Source: Polynucleobacter wuianus (GTDB taxonomy: Bacteria > Pseudomonadota > Gammaproteobacteria > Burkholderiales > Burkholderiaceae). From it: 32,000 bases of DNA. Below the pieces are notes generated by a model that made no database searches, was not told the origin of the DNA, and saw only the letters and a list, made by a program, of their open reading frames with translations. The stretch lies in NCBI RefSeq assembly GCF_001659725.1, contig NZ_CP015922.1:1978163-2010162 (forward strand). Reading direction: 5' to 3'. Below are positions 1-6,818 of the stretch, piece after piece (position 1 is the first letter of the stretch; each line of letters begins with the position of its first letter). The translations under genes and the position numbers were made by a program.

Positions 1-300
1 AGCTAATATAGCTGTGAGCGTCACGAGCAAGCCCTGCCTACACAGCAACTTGCGAACTTACGAATAGTCGGCACTTCAGCATTCGTAATTGTTGCGTTTT
101 ATTTCGACGGCACATAAAAGGAGACAGCAAAACCGCCCTTACCTTTAACGAGGTTGTGCTTGAAGTGTTGTGGTGAAAGACTCATCAAAAGAACTTTTAC
201 ACATTACTGAGCCTGTTGCTTGTGGCTCAGTGTGACTTAGATCTATCAAAAGTATTCACAAAACAATTATTCCCATTCATAAAATAATCAAAGAAGAAAG

Positions 301-360
301 AAATGTGTGAGCAGAAGCGAAAGCGAATGCGACACACAAGCGAACTGCGTTCGCTTATAC
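301..360 (+). repeat. Conserved non-coding 'L' element, copy A (AAATGTGTGAGC..GCGAAAGCGAA..hairpin AGCGAAC-TGC-GTTCGCT..TTATAC)
   Basis: Collinear with 13446-13496: same 12-mer AAATGTGTGAGC, same GAAAGCGAA, then a hairpin with a different stem sequence (GGACGAA-TGCAG-TTCGTCC in copy B), then CTTATA. Both copies lie upstream of a small recombinase gene. Confidence 0.6.
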
Positions 361-379
361 ATAACCCTACAAAATCACA

Positions 380-868
380 CTACATATATTCATCTACATC
401 AAGTATCACAGGACTATCTTTGCTACTCATCACATTAAAAGCAATTACAAGAGTTTTCTGTTCATTAAGTATTTGAAACAACAAATCTAAGCGTTCTTTT
501 TGATTGGCATTCAATTCAGAGTCATTCATTTGACGCTGGATTTGATAGAGGCGATGAAAAAAACTTACAGTAAATCCAAACTCTTTCCACTTATCTAAAA
601 GAATTATCTGTAGCTCATCTAATTTTTTTCTATCATCTTCCGTAAAACCCAAACGCTCACTTCTCAATATAGTGTCTGAGTTTGAAAATAGAGAGTCTTG
701 TAAGGACGCAAATATGTCCTCTACATGCTTGATAGCATCAATATCTTCATCACTTAAATCCAATAAGACTGAGCTTGTGAAATTAACTATGTTTTCAGCC
801 TTATCTTTTAAGTCAGCGTTATCGCTTTGAAAATTAAAGTCAGCTTCTGTCAAATACATTTCACTCAT
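380..868 (-). CDS. Hypothetical acidic protein (162 aa)
   Basis: Long ORF with no competing frame. No motif recognised and no obvious similarity to any cassette B protein. Confidence 0.5.
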   Translation of the reverse strand: MSEMYLTEADFNFQSDNADLKDKAENIVNFTSSVLLDLSDEDIDAIKHVEDIFASLQDSLFSNSDTILRSERLGFTEDDRKKLDELQIILLDKWKEFGFTVSFFHRLYQIQRQMNDSELNANQKERLDLLFQILNEQKTLVIAFNVMSSKDSPVILDVDEYM

Positions 869-915
869 ATAGTCCTTTTAGCTTTGATTTTGTAAGCGTA
901 GCACAGCAATACATC

Positions 916-930
916 AAATCCTTCGTATAA
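916..930 (+). repeat. 15-nt motif AAATCCTTCGTATAA (copy A); the exact reverse complement is at 13679-13693
   Basis: Exact 15-mer shared in opposite orientation between the two recombinase leader regions. Confidence 0.6.
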
Positions 931-1186
931 AGCGAAATTCTGACTAAGTGAATACGCAAGCAACAGAACGCTTAAATAACAGCGTGTAGGGCTTTGAATA
1001 CGGGCTTGTTATAGATGTGGCTTATTGACTACAGCGACATAAGAAAAGTAGGAAATTCTTATAACGAGCTACTTTGACTGCGTAAGTCATTGAATTATGG
1101 AAACTCTTTTATCAAATATTTTTGGTAGGAATTTTGCTAATAAGAAAACATACTAATAACAATAAATTCTTTTATGGAGCAAGAAA

Positions 1187-1753
1187 ATGGCACAAGCAAA
1201 AACATTAAATCAGTCGGAAATTGATATGGTATTGCGCTACATCAACACAAAACAGAAATACAGCATCAGAAACAGGGCGATGCTACTGACAAGCTGTTGG
1301 AGTGGAATGCGTGTGGGTGAAATTGCGGCGCTAAGAGTATGCGATGTGCGAAATGAAGATGGCACGATTAAAAGCGAGATACGCTTATCTGCCAGTCAAA
1401 CGAAGGGCAATAAAGGAAGGGTTGTATTTGTTAATGAAAAACTACGCACTGAATTAGCCACTTACTTAAAGCACTACTCACCTAAAGACACATCACTGCC
1501 TTTGTTTGCTACAGAAAAGTCAAAGGGGTTTTCTGCGAATACACTGACGCAATGGTTCTTTTGGCTCTATCGCAAAGCAGGCATTAAAGCCTCGTCACAT
1601 AGCGGACGCAGGACTTTCGCAACGAACTTAGCAAGCAATGGTGTGGGTATTAAGGTGCTACAGCACTTAATGGGACATAAGGACATACAGACAACTTCAA
1701 TTTATATCTTTGCGTCTGACGATATGATGCGTAAAGCTGTGGAGTTGGTATAA
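1187..1753 (+). CDS. Small (188 aa) catalytic-domain-only tyrosine recombinase, FimB/FimE size class (cassette A)
   Basis: Tyrosine-recombinase signature: GMRVGEIAALR (Arg I), HSGRRTF (H-x-x-R), LMGH, and a C-terminal Tyr in TTSIYIF. There is no N-terminal core-binding domain. About half of residues are identical by eye to the ORF at 13860-14426, which has the same length. Confidence 0.85.
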   Translation: MAQAKTLNQSEIDMVLRYINTKQKYSIRNRAMLLTSCWSGMRVGEIAALRVCDVRNEDGTIKSEIRLSASQTKGNKGRVVFVNEKLRTELATYLKHYSPKDTSLPLFATEKSKGFSANTLTQWFFWLYRKAGIKASSHSGRRTFATNLASNGVGIKVLQHLMGHKDIQTTSIYIFASDDMMRKAVELV

Positions 1754-1756
1754 AAA

Positions 1757-1784
1757 AAGCCCGCCTAAGTTAATAAGCGGGCTT
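1757..1784. terminator. Bidirectional hairpin terminator AAGCCCGC-N12-GCGGGCTT
   Basis: GC-rich 8-bp stem with A-run and T-run flanks, between the convergent genes 1187-1753 (+) and 1807-2124 (-). Confidence 0.55.
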
Positions 1785-1789
1785 AAAAG

Positions 1790-1813
1790 TTAAGCGTCAA
1801 AAAAATCTACGCT
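1790..1813 (-). repeat. Candidate recombinase core site 'a' (GCGT-N11-ACGC); reverse complement is AGCGTAGATTTTTTTGACGCTTAA
   Basis: The reverse complement matches site c (4758-4781) at 22 of 24 positions. It overlaps the stop codon of ORF 1807-2124. Confidence 0.6.
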
Positions 1814-2124
1814 TTAATTTGTTCATAACCTTCATAGTCAATCATAAAACGATCAACTAATTCGTTTATTTTTTCCTCTACTTCGTAAGCGTGACTACCT
1901 ATATCAACCCATCCATTATCAAACTGGTATTTGATTGTTGTAATGCGATAGTCATAATGTATAAGTTCAATCTTCCCATACATAAAAAAGCCATCGCTTT
2001 CAAAATACTTTAACAACGCTTCTTTATGCTTGATGTGTATGGGATAAATGTCACACACTACTTCAATACAAATGTCAGCATGTCTTACGATTGAGATTGG
2101 CGTTCCCTCAATAATGTATTCCAT
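1807..2124 (-). CDS. Hypothetical protein (105 aa), last gene of the cassette A operon
   Basis: Its ATG overlaps the TAA stop of the upstream AAA+ gene (TAATG), which suggests translational coupling. No recognised motif. Confidence 0.5.
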   Translation of the reverse strand: MEYIIEGTPISIVRHADICIEVVCDIYPIHIKHKEALLKYFESDGFFMYGKIELIHYDYRITTIKYQFDNGWVDIGSHAYEVEEKINELVDRFMIDYEGYEQIKA

Positions 2125-2792
2125 TATTCACCCTCTTTCATAAAATTTGCCTCATCGTTCCATGCTTCAATAATTTCATCTAAAGCACGATAGTAGGCAC
2201 GATTGTCATAATCGTTCTCAAACACTGTTTCCAACACTTCACGCAAGACACTGTCTTCTAAATCAACCCCTTCACCGCGTAATATGTGCTGTGCGCGGGG
2301 GAAGAAACGATCAGGCGGCGCAGGCAATACTTCAACTACTTCCGCCCTGCTTAACAATCCCCTATCTATCTTTTCAACTTCATTCGTTGTAAATATAAAC
2401 AGCTCTCTTTCTGCCATACTGTCCAAACACACTCGTAATGCGCCTTTAGCTTTAGGATCAAAATTAACTTCTTCTACTACTGTGTAGTTGTTCTTTTGTC
2501 CGTTAGCACTAAACAGTTTGTCAAATTGAACAGAGCGAAAAAACTTCTTTCGCACATCATTGGCGCTGTTCAATTCTTCGGCGTTAATGTAATTGACTTT
2601 CACATCCTCGCCGTCCAATGCTTTTGGTATTAAGTCTGCCAACAAACTCTTACCCGTCCCATACTCGCCGTGTAGCACTAACGGCAACATTGACTTGCCC
2701 TGCGTATAGCGTTTAATTTGCGTTTCCAGCTTGGGTGTTGCGAAAACAAACTCATCTACTGACTTAGGGCGATACTTGTAATTCGTATTCAT
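2124..2792 (-). CDS. Clamp-loader-clade (RFC / T4 gp44-like) AAA+ ATPase, cassette A
   Basis: N-terminal KYRPKSVDEF box (RFC box II-like), Walker A GEYGTGKS, Walker B-like VVEEV, sensor-1 IFTTN, and LLSRAEV at the SRC-motif position. The start is placed at the internal ATG (MNTNYKYRPK) rather than at the start of the ORF track entry. Confidence 0.8.
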   Translation of the reverse strand: MNTNYKYRPKSVDEFVFATPKLETQIKRYTQGKSMLPLVLHGEYGTGKSLLADLIPKALDGEDVKVNYINAEELNSANDVRKKFFRSVQFDKLFSANGQKNNYTVVEEVNFDPKAKGALRVCLDSMAERELFIFTTNEVEKIDRGLLSRAEVVEVLPAPPDRFFPRAQHILRGEGVDLEDSVLREVLETVFENDYDNRAYYRALDEIIEAWNDEANFMKEGE

Positions 2793-2861
2793 ATATACTA
2801 TCCTTATGTTGTGGGCTGAGTGCGCTAACACCCAGCCCAAGTTTCAAAACACTTTTGTAAG

Positions 2862-3674
2862 TTAAGCCGCTAACAATTCGCCTACTGTTTCAGTAGGCGT
2901 TTTGCTTTTTACAGCCGACTTTGCGTTAGCAAGTGCGCTGTCTTTGCGCTTAGCATTAGCACCCTTTTTAGTAATCGCCTGCTGATTACTAATAAATAAC
3001 GCTAATTGCTGTTTTGCCCACTTAGTCATGCCTGCCGAATACGCTGGCACAGCGCCCAGTGCTTTAATGTTTCCCTGCTTGTCAGCTTTACCAATAACAA
3101 AAACAAAGTCTTTGTCATAAGTGTTTGCTACTACGCTGTTGGGAACTTTAAATGTCGCTAACGGGTTATCTGCTAAGTTAGCTAATGTGTCATCTACTAA
3201 AGACATGTTGTTAGCAATATTTGTTTCTTTTGCTACAACAACTGCCGACTTAGTAAAGCGCTTCTTACACTGTTCAACTCCGCCACAGTCCTCTACAAAC
3301 TGCGCTAACTGCTTAGCACTAATGCCTTGCTGTATAGCCGCCTGTAAAGTTCTGCTGTAGTTCATACTGCGCTGTCTATCAGTGCGAAATACATAGCGCA
3401 CAAACAGGGTTAATGCCAGCGTATTAGTTTGAACACGCACCTTGCTTGCTTCCAACTTAGTTTTTAACTGCTTAACAGTTTCAGCTAAAGTTGTTTTGCT
3501 ACTACTTGCTTGTTCATACATATCCAGCACTTCCGCCAAAATCTCATACAAACGCTGATTACTGCGTGCGTATTCATTTTGCTCAAAGCTCTCACGCTGT
3601 TTTACTAAAGCATCCGCTTTTTCAACAATTGATTGTGCGGACAATACTGTTTTGCTACTTGTTTGCTTAGCCAT
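2862..3674 (-). CDS. Conserved cassette protein of unknown function (270 aa), paralog of 15340-16131
   Basis: Shared block FVRYVFRTDRQRSMNYSRTLQAAIQQGI versus LIRFVFQSDRKRAHVYGYAIKAAISHGV. Similar length, same position upstream of the AAA+ gene, and an AAGGA Shine-Dalgarno sequence. Confidence 0.7.
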   Translation of the reverse strand: MAKQTSSKTVLSAQSIVEKADALVKQRESFEQNEYARSNQRLYEILAEVLDMYEQASSSKTTLAETVKQLKTKLEASKVRVQTNTLALTLFVRYVFRTDRQRSMNYSRTLQAAIQQGISAKQLAQFVEDCGGVEQCKKRFTKSAVVVAKETNIANNMSLVDDTLANLADNPLATFKVPNSVVANTYDKDFVFVIGKADKQGNIKALGAVPAYSAGMTKWAKQQLALFISNQQAITKKGANAKRKDSALANAKSAVKSKTPTETVGELLAA

Positions 3675-3747
3675 GATGTTTCCTTTATATAAAAATGGCG
3701 TTGATAAAAGAGTGCGCTTGCGAAATGCTTACGCACTTACTACAAAC

Positions 3748-3770
3748 AGGCGTAAAAAAAATTTACGCTT
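3748..3770 (-). repeat. Candidate recombinase or operator site 'b' (GCGT-N11-ACGC) in the divergent promoter region
   Basis: The reverse complement AAGCGTAAATTTTTTTTACGCCT matches site d at 20 of 22 positions. An extra half-site, CTTACGC, lies at 3729-3735. Confidence 0.55.
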
Positions 3771-3910
3771 GTTTTACTGCTACTACAAAACTTTGCTATT
3801 TGTTAAAGAGGGTTGAACTGTGTTGCGTTGTTCAATCTATGTATCTATTGTAAGATTTATTAACATGAATTATTATTACGACATAATCTATCTATACTTG
3901 TTAATATTAA

Positions 3911-4750
3911 ATGGCTAATTTAGGACGAAAACCCCTCCCACGCCTTATGTCATTGGAGGCAAACTATGAACAGACTGGAATTTCAGTTAAATCTGATTTG
4001 CGATATGACTTGGTTTGTGACTACCTAAAAGCAAGCCCCAGCTATGAAGCTGTAATCCGTAAATTAGCTAAGCAAAAATCGCCCTACCCATTACCAAAAG
4101 ACTTTAAGGCTGTAGCGCAAGTCGTAAGTGACTTTGGTCCAATCTACAAAATGCGAGAAGCAGACTGGTGGGGCAAGATAGGTATGCGTTTATATGGGAT
4201 AAGTGCCCCTTTACCCAAAGTCAATGTTGTAGGTGTTTTAGACTCAACCAAAAAGCAACTAACAAATAAATGGGTGGGGGTTAATTCAGTAGTGGCTGAA
4301 TTGCCACTCAATCTAACCCTGCCGCAAGCACTTAAACAACTACGCAAGCAATTAGAGGGTTATGGTTTTTCAGCCACCCTGCCAAAACAAGTGGCGCCCT
4401 TATACCAACTTTCAAATAGTAAATTGCGTATAGACACATTACAGAATGGATTAACCGCATTACGGCTATATAAGAAGGATGTGCCACTATGGAAAATAGG
4501 TAATCACCTAAGGCTTATCCCAGCACAGTCATTTATTGAGTCAGAAGCGAATGACATATTAGAGGCTGACTTAGCAGATAGAAAAGAATTGCTTAGCATT
4601 GCGGCAAGCAGGCTTATTCGTTGTGCGGCTTTGGTAGCAGAAAATGCGGCAAGAGGGAGATTCCCATCAAATAAGGGCTTTAGTGAAGCAATTACAACCC
4701 CTTATAAGCGCAAGGCAGGACGACCAACTGGGACAAAGAAGATTAAGTGA
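3911..4750 (+). CDS. Conserved cassette protein of unknown function (279 aa) with a basic AT-hook-like tail, paralog of 14418-15200
   Basis: Shared LKASPSYEA / LKASPWYAEA near the N-terminus and AENAARGRFP / ANATVGRFP near the C-terminus. The tail is KRKAGRPTGTKKIK. It is divergently transcribed from the 270-aa gene. Confidence 0.7.
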   Translation: MANLGRKPLPRLMSLEANYEQTGISVKSDLRYDLVCDYLKASPSYEAVIRKLAKQKSPYPLPKDFKAVAQVVSDFGPIYKMREADWWGKIGMRLYGISAPLPKVNVVGVLDSTKKQLTNKWVGVNSVVAELPLNLTLPQALKQLRKQLEGYGFSATLPKQVAPLYQLSNSKLRIDTLQNGLTALRLYKKDVPLWKIGNHLRLIPAQSFIESEANDILEADLADRKELLSIAASRLIRCAALVAENAARGRFPSNKGFSEAITTPYKRKAGRPTGTKKIK

Positions 4751-4757
4751 AAGTATG

Positions 4758-4781
4758 AGCGTAGATTATTTTTACGCTTAA
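4758..4781 (+). repeat. Candidate recombinase core site 'c': AGCGTAGATTATTTTTACGCTTAA
   Basis: Inverted repeat of site a (22/24) and direct repeat of site d (22/24). It starts 8 nt after the stop of ORF 3911-4750. Confidence 0.6.
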
Positions 4782-4809
4782 AGACAATATAATTAACAAT
4801 CAAAATATT

Positions 4810-5742
4810 ATGAATAAATTACGCAAACCATCTAAGACAAAGAAAAGTAAATTCAAATTTATTGATTTATTCGCAGGGATTGGCGGCTTTCACCTCGCCT
4901 TTCACAATGAAGGCGGCGAATGTGTCTTTGCGTCTGAAAAAGATGTGTTCGCCAGAAAGACTTATAAAGAAAACTTTAAGTCCCTATCGCCAAATTTGTT
5001 TAGTGATGATATGTTTGATAACCCTTTGTTTAATGATGACATAACAAATATTGATCCAAACGAGATACCTGATCACGACATTCTTTGTGCGGGTTTTCCA
5101 TGTCAGCCATTTTCACAAGCTGGACATAAAAAAGGCTTTAATGAAGAGCGTGAGTCTCGAGGCAATATGTTTTTTCATATTAGAGACATATTACAAACCA
5201 AGCGTCCCAAAGCATTCTTTTTAGAAAATGTTAGACACTTACAAAATCACGATACTGGAAGAACCTTTGATGTAATAAAACAAATTCTTCAGGTTGAACT
5301 TGAATATGACATTTACTACAAGATAGTTAAAGCATCAGACTATGGACTGCCACAGCACAGACCGAGAATTTTTATTATAGGCTTTCGTAAAGAAGATCAA
5401 TATAGGGAACCATTCCAATTTCCAGATAAAAAAGAATTGAAATTTAATATGTCTGATGTTTGGGGCGGCGAATGTTCTCGCGAAATAGGATTTACATTGC
5501 GTGTTGGTGGCAAAGGGTCAGGTATAGACGATAGAAGAAATTGGGATGCTTACTTAGTAGATGGTGAAATAAGAAGACTCGGTATTGAGCAGGGGAAGAA
5601 AATGATGGGATACCCTGATGACTTTAAGTTTCCTGTAGCTAAAGGACAGGCAATGAAACAGCTTGGTAATAGCGTTGCTGTAGATGCTATACAGGAGGTT
5701 GCTAAGTCAATTATCAAATATATTAAAAGTTCTAAAAATTAG
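4810..5742 (+). CDS. DNA (cytosine-5)-methyltransferase, type II
   Basis: All canonical m5C motifs are present: I FAGIGGF, IV GFPCQPFS, VI ENV, VIII QHRPRIF, X GNSV. Confidence 0.95.
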   Translation: MNKLRKPSKTKKSKFKFIDLFAGIGGFHLAFHNEGGECVFASEKDVFARKTYKENFKSLSPNLFSDDMFDNPLFNDDITNIDPNEIPDHDILCAGFPCQPFSQAGHKKGFNEERESRGNMFFHIRDILQTKRPKAFFLENVRHLQNHDTGRTFDVIKQILQVELEYDIYYKIVKASDYGLPQHRPRIFIIGFRKEDQYREPFQFPDKKELKFNMSDVWGGECSREIGFTLRVGGKGSGIDDRRNWDAYLVDGEIRRLGIEQGKKMMGYPDDFKFPVAKGQAMKQLGNSVAVDAIQEVAKSIIKYIKSSKN

Positions 5743-5765
5743 CGGCTTGATGTATCCTGCTCTTA

Positions 5766-6818
5766 ATGAGCAGAATACAAAATTTAACAATGAATCGTGG
5801 CGAATGGAGTGAAGCGTATGCGCTTCTTTCTCTTATTGCTAATGCTGATTTTGTTTTGTCGGATAAATCCTTAGCAGACGAAAATTCAACACAATTTAAA
5901 GTTAAATCCATTCTTATTCCCTCCAATACTCCCAATAAGTTTGTCAGTCTCGTTGTTCAAGACCAATCCGTTATTGCCAACTATGATGGGCAACAGAGTT
6001 CGACTCCTTTAACTGACATTGAAAGTGTTGCTAAAGCTCTTTTTCAAAAAATCTCATCCTCTTCTTCTACAACCTTCAGCTTTAATGAACTTGATACTTT
6101 ATGGACTAAATTTTTTAATCCACAAATAAAGGCTACAAGATCAGAAAAGAGTGATATTAAATTAGAGATTCTTGATACAAGCACACAACTTAAATCAATT
6201 AAAGGCTTTAGTATCAAAAGCAATTTGGGCGGGGCAACTTCTTTACTAAACGCTTCACAATCTACAAATTTCTTATACGAAGCGCCACACAAGATAAGCG
6301 TCCCAAACATCACCCCAAAAAAGTTAGGTAAATTTGTTAAGCCATTGCCATTGAAATATCTTGGCTCTGTTAATGAGACATACAAATTGAATCTAAATAA
6401 AGTAGATCAAAACTTAGAAAGTCTTATTAGTCACTTATTAGTTGAATACTATGGGGCAAGCAACAGAGAAAAATTTGTAAAAGATTTATTAGCTATTGTT
6501 GCCAATAAGAATCCGCTTAGTCTTTCTAACACAAGTGATTACAAGATAATCATGTCTAAGTTTTTAAGAGCTACAGCATTTGGTATGGTCCCAAGAGACT
6601 TATGGGATGGTGCTTTATCAGCAAGTGGTGGAATGATTATTGTTAAGGCTGACGGAAAATTAGCCAGCTTCTATTTAGATGATTCTCATTCTAACGCTAA
6701 CCTTGATAACTATTTGCTTGAACATAGTTTTTTTGACACGGCAAGCACAACAAGACATGACTTTGGTAAAGTTTTCGATGATAAGTTCTTCAAATTTAAT
6801 TTGCTGATAAGGCTTTAA
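5766..6818 (+). CDS. Type II restriction endonuclease, HpaII-like family (family assignment from memory, tentative)
   Basis: Lies immediately downstream of the m5C methyltransferase. Blocks GEWSE, KSDIKLEI, GFSIKSNLGGATSLLNASQSTNF, DTASTTRHDFG and a C-terminal LLIRL resemble my recollection of HpaII-family enzymes. The pair is visibly AT-richer than its neighbours. Confidence 0.7.
   Translation: MSRIQNLTMNRGEWSEAYALLSLIANADFVLSDKSLADENSTQFKVKSILIPSNTPNKFVSLVVQDQSVIANYDGQQSSTPLTDIESVAKALFQKISSSSSTTFSFNELDTLWTKFFNPQIKATRSEKSDIKLEILDTSTQLKSIKGFSIKSNLGGATSLLNASQSTNFLYEAPHKISVPNITPKKLGKFVKPLPLKYLGSVNETYKLNLNKVDQNLESLISHLLVEYYGASNREKFVKDLLAIVANKNPLSLSNTSDYKIIMSKFLRATAFGMVPRDLWDGALSASGGMIIVKADGKLASFYLDDSHSNANLDNYLLEHSFFDTASTTRHDFGKVFDDKFFKFNLLIRL

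Noticed and set aside
380-868. Possible homology between the acidic 162-aa protein of cassette A and the acidic 160-aa protein of cassette B (17224-17706). The 105-aa and 99-aa proteins were compared in the same way.
   Set aside because: No alignable blocks by eye. Only the acidic composition is shared, so they are treated as non-homologous variable genes pending a real alignment.
916-930. Resemblance of ..CTTCGTATA.. to the loxP arm ATAACTTCGTATA.
   Set aside because: Only about 9 nt are shared and there is no inverted partner arm at loxP spacing. It is most likely coincidence. The motif is still reported because it is conserved between the two cassettes.
2284-2487. Antisense or overlapping ORFs in the track: 2284-2487, 3121-3360, 4144-4347, 4862-5044, 5732-5935, 6044-6385, 7132-7329, 7490-7684, 7760-7966, 8446-8664, 9943-10164, 11604-11903, 13829-14041, 13967-14164, 14646-15005, 15747-16034, 16001-16237, 18003-18251, 18555-18839, 19908-20108, 20143-20364, 21424-21615, 21661-21849, 21843-22067, 22392-22646, 23002-23256, 27874-28074, 31410-31646 and 31456-31719.
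   Set aside because: Each lies inside, or opposite, a longer ORF that has clear family motifs or a paralog. Their products are low-complexity or odd in composition and no ribosome-binding sites were evident.
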